DNA of 62,406 nucleotides, counting the filler, from Basidiobolus meristosporus CBS 931.73 (lineage: Eukaryota; Fungi; Basidiobolomycota): assembly GCA_002104905.1 (NCBI GenBank). It is 3 parts of 3 records of this genome, joined end to end, with 100 filler letters (N's around TTAATTAATTAA, not from the genome) between each part and the next. Parts side by side here need not be neighbours in the genome. Positions count along the whole stretch, not along the records: positions 1 to 19,620 come from MCFE01001029.1; 2 more parts are not named here. One strand, given 5' to 3'. Of this stretch, positions 1-10,549 are shown in pieces. Each line of letters begins with the position of its first letter. The first letter of the stretch is position 1. A program made the translations under genes and the position numbers. The notes beneath the pieces were generated by a model. It had not been told where the DNA came from. It saw only the letters and a program-made list of their open reading frames with translations, and made no database searches.

Positions 1-585
1 GAGAACTTTCACCTATGAAAATGAAAAACATTTGTTCCCATAACTGGCGGCACCCCACTAACTCGGAATCCCATCCGAGAAAATGATAAAATGCCATGAA
101 GCATTGGCTAAGCTAGACTATACAACATCCATGAAGTTGTGATTATCGAATTAGCACACTGAAAACGTTGGTATTCGAATGTGTCCAAGCCTTGGTTAGT
201 GGCATGAGTTGCTCAATATAGGAACTAACAATGCAATGTTGGGTAGGAAATCCAGAGATTAAAATAGCAAGTCACAATGAACTCGTGTGATACAGACATT
301 TAACCGACAGTATTTTTCCGAGACTCCCACCGTATCAAGAGAAAATCTAGACCAACCAATGCAGCGTTACGGATTTCATCTGAATGGTGATTGTGACCGG
401 TGTTAAAAACCTGAAGCGCTCCCAAAAACTGCCTATCCGCAGTTACGGAGGTTCATTATGGTTTACTTCATTGTACTGATTTATTGTAATTGGTTACACT
501 GATATACCACGTTAGCAATTATTCCTGCTACCTTCCCTGCAATAGTGGCCATTCTCACTTGTATCCAAAGACGTACAAAACAATT

Positions 586-653
586 CCATTACCATAGACA
601 AAGCATTACTATTACCATTACCATAGGCAAAGCATTACTATTACCATTACCAT
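586..653. repeat. 29-bp tandem repeat, about 2.3 copies
   Basis: CCATTACCATAG(A/G)CAAAGCATTACTATTA at 586-614 and 615-643, partial third copy to 653. Confidence 0.85.
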
Positions 654-1091
654 TATCACTATACTCATCGTGAACCAATATTTACCCCGATGCGTTGGGC
701 AACATCAAGTGGTCAAAGTATCTCGCCGCCACTATGTGTAGCATCAGTGGAACAGATCCCATGTGAGAATTCTATATTTATAACACTGTCTCGCAATCAA
801 CTTCTAGCATTAGTACAAGATATTTTGAGATACTAAGCAGCATGTATACCCTCTACATCGAGTCCATTCATTTTCAGCCTCACTCACATAAATTTGAATG
901 TTTATCTAGTCGCAGCATCGCTACAAGCCATGATGTATACTCATTCAATCTCATACTGGTGAACTGTAATACAAGGCAAAACTATAATGGAGATGGTTCT
1001 CACGCTGAATACCCTCACTTGTTATAAAATTGAACTCAGTGTCGGTACTTTTTCGCTAACAAAAAGCATCCCACTTTCAAAGCCGTCGACA

Positions 1092-1259
1092 ATGAACTTC
1101 AAGGCATTCTTCCTCGCCGCTCTCATGACCGTTCTCTTGGCCGGTCAATCCGAAGCCGCTTGTAAGAAGGCAGGATATTCTTGCACCAGCAACAGCCAGT
1201 GTTGCTCCAACAAATGTGCGGCGATCAGCAGCTCCAACCCCATGCGTGCCTGCCGCTAG
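1092..1259 (+). CDS. Small secreted cysteine-knot (knottin/ICK, conotoxin-like) peptide, 55 aa
   Basis: ATG at 1092 (internal Met of ORF 987-1259). Hydrophobic signal peptide MNFKAFFLAALMTVLLAGQSEA, then a 33-aa mature part ACKKAGYSCTSNSQCCSNKCAAISSSNPMRACR with C-x6-C-x5-CC-x3-C-x11-C. Confidence 0.85.
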   Translation: MNFKAFFLAALMTVLLAGQSEAACKKAGYSCTSNSQCCSNKCAAISSSNPMRACR

Positions 1260-3189
1260 ACGAAACCCCCCCCCCTCGCTGAAACCTTCTACTTTGGCTA
1301 CATTCAATTATTTTCCCTGCGGTCATCGCAAAATAAAGTGGTAGAAATGGTTCATAGTACGTTCATTATTGTTAAATAAATGAGTTAATTTATCAAGAAA
1401 TCGCAGTGTTTCATAAGTCAGAATACCTGGCAGAATACCTACAAATAGTAGAATCTAGCTTAAGCACGAAACGACTACCATCTTCGATCACTGAGGATCA
1501 GTCCATTTTTACGTTGTATTATTTGCTGTACCGCTACTTCAGTATAATCCCTACCCACAGCATTTGTTGACAACCTTGTCTAGTTCGTACTAACTCCTAC
1601 AATCTCCATAACGACAATTAATCCGATGAACGTTACACCTTGTTCCACTATTGTGTGCAGCAACTTCCTACTATTGAGTTACTTGTAGAGTTGTGTTATT
1701 TCCCAAATTACTACACAAATCATGCCTATGTGCAGGAATAGAGCAGATATCTTTATTAAATGTCGGCCCAAGTGCAGATAAAAGCTCCGTATTTTCTATC
1801 AGCAGATCTCTACGAAGTATGGTTACTCCGAATCCTCTAATGTGTTCCACAATCGTTAGCGGAAACATCGTCTACCTATTACATGAAGGCAGGGTTTTTC
1901 TGTTGATGGTATATTCGTTGATATATTTATTGATTTAGCCTTCACAAATTCTCGAACTCTGATATAAAATTGTCCAGTACAATACTGAACATTACACCTT
2001 CATACATGGCATAGGTGCAGTATCCGTCTACTTTCTAACTTACATGATAACTTTCTCTCAATTTTCCCCTCTAAAGTGATAGCTCTGCACAATGAGGTAA
2101 TGATGGTACATGATTGCCGAATACAACAACTGGGAAGTAAGTAATGAACTCATCCCCTGGATAACTAATAAACTTTACCACAAAAACAATGCGGCCGACT
2201 CCGGGGAAAGCTTTTCACTCAGTTTACTTTACCCAAGTATTCTTCTGGCTGTTTTAGTGTTCTGTACCAACCATCTGTAGCTTTGATATTGTGATGTTGG
2301 GCTAATATAGATGGGATGTCCGGCCTTTTCTTGCCAAGTTTGATCAATCAATCCATGGGGAGCTTCACACTTCCAAATACTTGAGTAGACTTTCTATAAG
2401 CTCAACTGGGCGCATTTTAAACAGCCAATAAAGTTATCAATATGTAGATGTCATACTAAACTCTATTTCCCAGACAGAATGTTGCTCTAGTTGATTATCT
2501 AATTCAGCATATGGCTATAGCACCAAATCCAAGTTTGGTATTTTGCGTTTCACCCTGATTGAATACTGGATATAAACGGCTTAAAACAACATAATACAAG
2601 TGATGCACATGAGTTCTTCTACCTAGGTGAGTCCAACAGAAATGCTTGCATCAAGTGATACGAAACCACAAAATGCCAGTCTTGTGGCATATTTTGTTCA
2701 TTGCCATATGCAGTCTCCGATACACACCTTTTGATATAACTTATGGACTTGATACCATTGATGGAAATCCGCATAATAGAAGTGTCCAGTACTAATCAAT
2801 ATACAATTGTCTTCATTCTGATCTCCTTATTGTCTCTAAGAGCTACTATACTGACTACAAAGCTCAACCCCACTTATGTTTACCACTTATCGATTGACAT
2901 TTTGTATGTTTTGCTACTTACTTGATGCTCAGGGTCTGAACGGCCATGGTTCTACCCTACAAGTCATTTCTAATACTTTCTCAGATGAACATTGCCGGCC
3001 AGTATATCAAGGAAATCATACATTGCACTGATAAGTGCACTAATCAGAGACAAGTGCGATGGTGGGCTTGTTTATATATAAAGAACTTCAAGATTATAAG
3101 TAGCATCTATAGAATATGAAGATATAAAATTACAAAATACAGGGCAAGAACACCACAGATATGCCTGGTATCTATATTCATCAAGTGAC

Positions 3190-4194
3190 TTAACACGTCT
3201 TCGGTTTTTCAGCTTCATGATGTGGAGGTGCGACCCAGTACATGACACCTTGAACGATACTAGCACAGAGGGGGGCAATCCAAGGGATCCAGTGTTCCTG
3301 GTAGTTTCCAGAGGCAACGGCTACGCCCAAAAACTTGGCAGGGTTGGCTCCAACACCACCAAATCCATCAGTAATACCACCACTGACATAAATATTCACA
3401 CCAAGGGCCAAAGCGACGCAGATAGGGCCAACAACGGGGCCAAACACCTTCTGTTGCTTAGGGTCAATACCAGTACCCCAGGTGATCCATACATATGACC
3501 AACTAAACAAGAACTCCAGGAAGAAAGCTTGTCCAACAGTTACGGCATCAGGCTTGAAGCCCCAGGAGCCAAGTTTAGTAGCCTCAGTGACCACTTCACC
3601 ACAAGCAGCGCGAAGAAGGGCACCTCCAAGGATGGCACCAACGCAGTGCATAAACAAATAGATGATGGCACGGGGAACAGAGCAGAGACGAGTCCATACA
3701 GCAGTCCAGGTAATAAGAGGATTGAAATGGGCACCGGAGACAGAGGCAGAACCCATTATAAAAAGAGCAAGGATTACGAAGACACCCAAACCAACATCGA
3801 GGGATACAACAGGGCCTCCAACTTGGACGGCCCAAACGGTCACACCACAGGAAACCAAAACGTATAATGCCATCAGGAACATTTCATGAACACCTGAGCG
3901 CCAGATTTTTGGATTGCGAAATTCAGACCAGTCTAACATTTGAGCCATTGTCAAATGATCTTCATCAGCGACGATATCAGGATGGAACTCAGGTGTTGCA
4001 AGACCAGAGAGGGACTTCCTGTGAGGAATAGCGTTGAGAGAGGCCTGCCGACTACGAGTGATGTGTTGCTCCAGTGAAGCGAGATGTTCAGCAGATAGAG
4101 GGATACCAAGGTTAAGAGTAGCTTCGTGAGGTCTAAGCTCGGTGGCTCCTTGACTAACAAAGCCATTGGGAGGGCTGAGTCTTGAAGATTCCAT
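3190..4194 (-). CDS. Aquaporin (MIP family), XIP-like, 334 aa, intronless
   Basis: Multiple hydrophobic segments; loop B SGAHFNPLIT and loop E GANPAKF. GIDPKQ..VFGP..GP and HWIPW..P..YWVAPPHH resemble fungal X intrinsic proteins. Confidence 0.92.
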   Translation of the reverse strand: MESSRLSPPNGFVSQGATELRPHEATLNLGIPLSAEHLASLEQHITRSRQASLNAIPHRKSLSGLATPEFHPDIVADEDHLTMAQMLDWSEFRNPKIWRSGVHEMFLMALYVLVSCGVTVWAVQVGGPVVSLDVGLGVFVILALFIMGSASVSGAHFNPLITWTAVWTRLCSVPRAIIYLFMHCVGAILGGALLRAACGEVVTEATKLGSWGFKPDAVTVGQAFFLEFLFSWSYVWITWGTGIDPKQQKVFGPVVGPICVALALGVNIYVSGGITDGFGGVGANPAKFLGVAVASGNYQEHWIPWIAPLCASIVQGVMYWVAPPHHEAEKPKTC

Positions 4195-5068
4195 TATAAG
4201 GTATTAGGTATAGTATGATATTGCGGGGTGGTCGACCAATTTATATACCTTATTGATGGTCTCATCAATTGTTCTTTTCAATATTCGGTGAACCAGAAAC
4301 CAATCCGAATTTTCAAAATGCCTAAACAACGCTATTGGATTGCTATTTTCTGATGATGTAATTCAGAGCTTTTCCTAATTAGCCCGACATGGTTAGTGTA
4401 TCAATCTCCCAAAGAAGAGAATTTCGATACTATAGCCGGATAGTGAGTGACTTTTTCTCCATATTTGGCATTTTCGAATTGCCAAATCAATTTAACTTTG
4501 TTTCAGCCTCCAGGTCGAGAGTTGGCACGTTGTAGACACAGAATTTTCGAATATGAGAACCATTTGCTGTGCACATTCAGTGATCTGATGGATTTCCATA
4601 ATCGAATTCTGGGATAAGATTACATGGCTTAGTTATGTTTCCAAGTACCTGTGCATTCACTCGATGAGTTATCGACGCGAATCTACGATGTGTAGGGTAT
4701 CACCAACTTCTATAAGTTTCGATACGGGCATTGGTGAGCTATTGGTCACAATATGACAGACTTGCGTTAAATAATTCGAGCTTAGGATAAATCAGTCAAA
4801 TAGAGTATTCAAGCAATAAAGTGACTGGTAAGTAAAAAGCATTTGAAAAGAGGATAATACACGGTACTTATTATGCGGTTATGGTCTGTGCATTTATATT
4901 CTCCCCAAGAGTTAAAGAGCTCTGCAGGATATACAGTTTCCCTCGGTCTTCCCGTGCATTTTCCTTACAGGAGTTCGTGCAATAAACATAGTATTACCAC
5001 CCCCCAGTTGTGAGATCCACATAAAATATCTTCCGGCTCTTTCATGAGTAGCTAACAGTGGCATGCAA

Positions 5069-5900
5069 TTAGCAGTTATTGCCTGCATGCCTCAAAGGGA
5101 TTCCATTCCACGTAGTATGGGAAGGCAGTCGCTCACCCTTCATTACTAATGAAAGAGCTCCATTGAAACACCCTCTTCTAAAGTGGACCCATACAAGATC
5201 ACTGACGACATGCCAACATTTGAACGGCAGTCTTCAAAAAGATGTGTTTGCACGAATAAGGTGCTGCTTAAATCATAATGCATGATGCGAAGTTTCGGGA
5301 TCTACCTGTAGTATTCCATAAGTATCCATTTCATGACTAGAACGAAGGTATATGCACCCACATCTACAGTACTATTGACTAGTACAGATACTGGTTGAAA
5401 AGTGCTACCTTGAGACAAGCTGGTGAGAAGACCATTTGTTAACAACCCCGATTCTCAGAGGGTCCAGGGATACATACGAAATAGTATAAACCTCAGAGGC
5501 TTTTCCGATTTTGACTCCTAGCGCTCGAAGCCAGTGAGGTGCATAAAGGGATTCATAAGTTGAGTTGATCATTTCGAGTGAGCTTTGCATCAAAATGTCT
5601 ATACACCTAAGGTATCAAAAGGATGAGAAGATGAGAGAGGCGGGGAAAGTACCAAAAGGATGAGAGTAAGTAAAAAGGGCACCCCAACCCATACTCTCCA
5701 GGAGATATCATCAACTTCAGCAGGATTATCCCGAGACAAAAAAGGATTATAGCAATTGCGGAAACAATCGGAGTTACCACAACGACCGTGATGTATGGAT
5801 TGTAAGTCGGCAGTAAGATGGGAATGGCTTCCAATACCGCAATCAAAGCTTCGTGAAACGTGGCATACCGAACCAATATCAGAAGTCGCTATGTTAAATA
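5069..5900 (-). pseudogene. Decayed C-terminal membrane/hexapeptide domain of a Pls/PosA-type NRPS (TIGR02353-like)
   Basis: Fragments in several minus frames, in the expected order: LGIILLKLMISPGEY; MQSSLEMINSTYESLYAPHWLRALGVKIGKASEVYTISYVSLDPLRIG; FVLVMKWILMEYYR; VQTHLFED (5250-5230); SLVMKGERLPSHTTWNGIP, then stop at 5071-5069. Frameshifts and internal deletions; the 5' boundary is approximate. Confidence 0.8.
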
Positions 5901-6450
5901 TATCCACATCTACAGCAACCACGGCTAGCTGCACACCTTCGCAGGCTTGCAGTGCTGATTCTACCTGAAATGAACTTGAGTACAACCAGGCATCCAATAT
6001 ATTGAATAGAAAGGTGCTAACCTCAGAAGGCTCGATCCGGCATTTTGTTGATGTACTTTGGATGGATTTGTTCCTTGTAAGCTCTGGAAGGTTGGGATAA
6101 CATAACAGCGTAATTAACGTTACCATGAATTTTGAGTTAAATCGAATGAAACGTGCAGTCGAGTACTGGATTCAATTAAACTATTTTGGGTGAACGATGT
6201 GCACCGTGCATACTCCACCCATATCTAGAGAGTTAGAAAATGTGATTGTCATCGTATACATGTAACAAGCGCTCAAATGGACCGTTTTGTGGATTTCCGG
6301 TAAATGGGACATGTGTTCACATAGAGCATTTGGTGGATTTCCAGTATATAACAACAGCAATCAGGTTATAAAAATCAAATTGATTCATCATTTACTCATT
6401 CAAAACACTGACCAAATGGCAGTGAAATGGTTGCACACACAGTCAATTCA

Positions 6451-7694
6451 TTACTGATTGGAGTTATAGACCAAGAGGTTAGGAGTGTCACTGTCCAGAC
6501 CACTGATGACATTCTGGGTGGCGCCAGCTGAGAGTGCATCGTACACTGATTGTGGCGAGCTCAGGCTCCCCTGGGAAAGGTAGAGCGCCGCGACTCCTGC
6601 AACGTGAGGACTGGCCATACTAGTTCCCGAGATTCGGTTGGTCGCAGTGGTGCCTCCGATCCATGCCGAAGTGATGTCTTGTCCAGGTGCGGCAATGTTG
6701 ACACATTGGCCGTAGTTGGTGAAGCTGGCTGCAGTATCTGAGATGGTGGTGGCTGCCACGGTGAATGCTCCGGCGGCATTCGCTGGTGAGACATTGCAAG
6801 CATCTTGGCTCTCATTTCCTGCCGCCACAATGAAGCTCACTCCTGCCTGCACGGCAGAGTTAACTGCCGCCTTGAGGGCTTCACTATTCCCTCCACCAAG
6901 TGACATATTCGCCACGCTTCTTCTCCCAGAGCTTCTGGCTCTTTGCGCCACCCAGTTGATCCCAGCAATGATCCCTGAAGTGCTCCCGCTGCCTGCCCCA
7001 CTCAGTACCTTGACTCCGATCAGGCTCGCCTTCTTTGCCACACCATAGGTGCTTCCTCCAACTGTACCAGCAACATGGGTTCCATGTCCGTTCAGGTCAT
7101 CCACCGCTTCACCGTTGATGAAGCTGACGGGAAGACTTGCTCTTCCTCCAAAATCAGAGTGTCTCACATTGATGCCGGTATCGATGATATACACATCCAC
7201 TCCGGCTCCGGCGGTGTCAGGGTAGATGTATGGAGCATTGGAGTTTCTTGACCTCTGTGAGACTCTGGGCAGTCCCCAGCTTGGCGGATTGTTCTGAGTG
7301 CCAGAGATGCTGAAGATCTGCTCAGCCTCCACGTACTCAACATCCCCTTGGGCCTTGAGGTCGCTGACCAGTGACTCACTGAACACCCCCGCGTAGGCAC
7401 TGAAGTCCGCAAATGAGAGCTTGCTCTTGATCTCATTCTTCAGCGTGTTGTTTCCGCTGCGACCGCGGTTGTACTGATCCAGCTTCGTCTTCAACAGTTG
7501 ATCCACTAGAGAAATGTTAGCCAGGGACATCGACGTCCAGAGAGAACTTGAGCATTACCTTTGTTGGGGTCGGCAGCATTCTTGAACTTCACCACGTATC
7601 TGTTGGCAATCTCTGGAGCCTGAGCATCTAGGACTGGTGCACCAAGGACGACAGCGATCAAGGAGAGTAGAGCAACACCACGAATAGCAACCAT
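6451..7694 (-). CDS. Secreted subtilisin-like serine protease (S8A, proteinase K subfamily) with signal peptide and I9 propeptide, 396 aa, 2 exons
   Basis: Exon 1 7694-7559 (MVAIRGVALLSLIAVVLGA); 53-bp intron GTAATG..GCTAAC..CTAG 7558-7506; exon 2 7505-6451. Catalytic motifs IIDTG, HGTHVAG, GTSMASPHVAG and AAGN are all present. Confidence 0.96.
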
Positions 7695-8777
7695 TGTTTC
7701 TGTATAGACATGTTGATGCTGAACGCTTTTATAGAGCTTGTCTCTTCCTCCGGGCACTTTTCGTTACGTGGGAACCATATCCGAGAAACCGGCTGGGCAA
7801 AAATTAATTTTGACAAATGCGGCGGCTCCTGACCTGGTCTTCCTAATGGTTGTACCCCGAGTATTGGCTCTGCCACAGATATAGGAAATGATTGACCAGC
7901 GGAATATAATGCAAGCTCCAGAACTTTACCCAGGCATGATTCGTAAAATAAGCGGTTGGGGGAGGGATAGCTATGTGAGATCTTTCTCACAAGCATCAAG
8001 CAACCTGCAATAAGTGAGGCCGTGGGAAACGTAAATAACCTCTGAAAATGACCAACTCAAAATGACGTGCGTCAGATTGGTTAATTTGACTATCGAATGT
8101 TGGATCGCCAAGTGTCACATATTTCCCACATTTTCAGTTGTTTGGTGGCGCCTCGCTAGTCTGGATTGAGAATAATATCTCACCACCCGCTGTGATTTTG
8201 TTCATGCAGTGGGATCCGACCTAGGGTCGATGAATTTGGGCTATGCTCTCACGTGCCAACACGTGCGTGACTTCTCATAAACTGGTCATTTTATTAGAAC
8301 AAAACGAATAGGTGGCCAACGCGAAACCTCACCGACTATTCCAGTATTTACTTGAGCTGAGTCTGAGCAGCCACTCTGGTGGCCTCCAGGATCCCTTTCA
8401 CATTTTCCACCCGCTCTCGCGCTAGGTCCCCTTGTCGAGCTCTCGTAAAACCCTTAACAGGGATTGCCCGAGGTTGATCAATAGCTTGTGCAATGTGCGA
8501 GAGATGAGTTTCTTGGAGATGTACTCTACTTGACGCTCTGGGCATCAACACCATTGATTACAATTAAGATTCAGGTGATTAGAGTTTGAGAGGTCAGGCA
8601 ACCTTCTTGGATATATCATTGATGAACGACCAGACAATCATCCAGTAATAACCTGAGCACCTCGTCCGACAAATCTTTTAGTGACTTGAGATTGGAATCT
8701 TACAAACTAAGCCTGGAGAATAGAGAAGCTTGTATCCAAATAATACTTTATTTTTGATGCGAAATAAGTGCACAATG

Positions 8778-8858
8778 GTCTACCATCAGCAGCATTTAAA
8801 CGTTGTCTACCATCAGCAGCATGCAAGCGTTGTCTATCATCAGCAGCATTTAAACGTT
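8778..8858. repeat. 27-bp tandem repeat x3 overlapping the SDR stop codon
   Basis: GTCTACCATCAGCAGCATTTAAACGTT and two variants at 8778, 8805, 8832. Confidence 0.9.
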
Positions 8859-9848
8859 GCTTTTAGAATGGATCTCGCCAGACTCTATAATATATTTGAT
8901 CTCCTCCTCTAATGTCTCGTAGGCGTTGGGTCCATGTGGTTTCCATCCGATTTTTCTGGATCGGTTGGCCACTGCTCTACTATTACTTCCGTATGCAAAG
9001 GTCGAGTATTTACCCCCTAGGAACTCGTCCAGGTATTCTTGCTCAAATTCGGTGATATCCGTGTTCTTTACGAGCCCAAGGTTGTGCAATACAGACGCAA
9101 GGATTTCCGAGATCTTGTACCATGTGTGCTCACTGTTGGTACAAAAGTACCAGCCGCCCTCTTTACCAGACTCGATCTTTCCAGCCAGGAGACCATCCAG
9201 AACAAGAATGTAGAGATCGCCCAGATCGTTGATGTTTACATCCCCCCATATCACATCCTTACGCTTCCCAACGTAACCAACTTCCCCTCTTTTCACAGAA
9301 GCCTTGGCCAGGTTGATGACTTGTTGCGATGATTTTTTGAACGGGCCGGTTCCAACCCCGTTGATGGTTGAGGGAGCAATAATGGCTGCAGTAATGTCAT
9401 CTACATTGTCATAGATCCACGCATCGATTTCCTTATGCAAGGCCCTCAATGGAATTGAATGGATTCTGGCCATGTCCTCGTCATCGTAAGGCTCCATGTT
9501 ATCGTGATCCCAAGTCAGCACCCCCGTTCCTGATGTGTGGACCAGGACGGCTTTCTTATTATTCTTCGCCTTGAGGCCCTTGACAATTGCTTGAATTGAT
9601 GGCAAGTCGTCCGCGTTGGCGGTGTTGATGACTGCATCAGCGGCTTTCGAAGCCTCAAAGAGAACATCCAAGTCCTGTAGACTGCCATAGATGGGAGTAA
9701 CACCCAATTCTTCAAGTTTTTCACCTTGTTCTTTCTTTCTTACAAGTGCTGATATGGTGTACTTCTCGGGAGATTTCAGCAGATCTGTCAATACGGTTCC
9801 TCCGATATATCCAGTAGCGCCAGTGATGAAGACTTTGGTGGGAGCCAT
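8850..9848 (-). CDS. NAD(P)-binding Rossmann-fold protein (atypical/extended SDR, epimerase/dehydratase-like), 332 aa
   Basis: N-terminal VFITGATGYIGG dinucleotide-binding motif, ADAVINTA, LVHTSGTG, VNINDLGDLY; uninterrupted ORF. Confidence 0.9.
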   Translation of the reverse strand: MAPTKVFITGATGYIGGTVLTDLLKSPEKYTISALVRKKEQGEKLEELGVTPIYGSLQDLDVLFEASKAADAVINTANADDLPSIQAIVKGLKAKNNKKAVLVHTSGTGVLTWDHDNMEPYDDEDMARIHSIPLRALHKEIDAWIYDNVDDITAAIIAPSTINGVGTGPFKKSSQQVINLAKASVKRGEVGYVGKRKDVIWGDVNINDLGDLYILVLDGLLAGKIESGKEGGWYFCTNSEHTWYKISEILASVLHNLGLVKNTDITEFEQEYLDEFLGGKYSTFAYGSNSRAVANRSRKIGWKPHGPNAYETLEEEIKYIIESGEIHSKSNV

Positions 9849-10549
9849 AATGGAATATGCTATGACTCTTCAAGGCCCTCCCAAGACTCTTTATATTTCA
9901 CTGGCTCATGGGGCTGATGACAAATCACCCAACTACTCCCAGCACGTCATACTCGGGCCATTAGTAATGACGCCGTTATTGTTGGCTGGAGGTTAGTTGA
10001 TCAACTCGAGACTATACTGGAATATCTGTGCTCAGGATTGGCTGAACGTGCAATTAATTGATGGGATCGTGATCGTGATCAGTATATATATACATAAAGC
10101 GCCAATCTCCGTTTTGGGTGAAGTTTGGCGTATATAGATTATTAGTTCAAGTTATTCTTCGTGAATGTGTGTAGATATGGATCCTAGAGATCGACAACCA
10201 GGCCTACAGGTAAGCTCAAACAACGGATTGAATGGCAAGCACATATATTGAAGATTCTATTAAGCCATTGCATACATCTTGGCCCACATTTCCTGCCGCC
10301 TAGAGCGCTACTATTCATTCCACCTGGGGACATATTCGCCACACTCTTTCCCGCAGAGATTCTAGTTGTATGCGCTACCCATATGGGTTATGCTGGCCTT
10401 TTCATTGCTGCCCTCTTGTGAACTTCTGGTGAGAATAGATTACAGTAATATATACCAAGTACTACTTACTACTGATATGGAAAGCAATTGACTGGCTAAT
10501 TTTATATGAGTAATGTGTGTTTTGTACCAGAAAAATGGTTATACAGCAC

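Noticed and set aside
987-1091. 35-aa N-terminal extension of the knottin ORF
   Set aside because: The signal peptide begins at the Met at 1092, and the upstream stretch has no targeting character.
1480-1900. Minus-strand hydrophobic reading-frame fragments (possible membrane-protein relic)
   Set aside because: Multiple stops and no recognisable motif.
2100-2950. CpG-poor stretch with faint Gypsy integrase-like words (FCLGNRVLV)
   Set aside because: Similarity too weak to support by eye; needs a profile search.
6451-7530. ORF-track protein starting MSLANISLVDQ
   Set aside because: That ATG is inside the intron; the real start is 7694.
8348-8554. 68-aa minus-strand ORF (..LARERVENVKGILEATRVAAQ..)
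   Set aside because: Protein-like but with no identifiable family or clear upstream exons.
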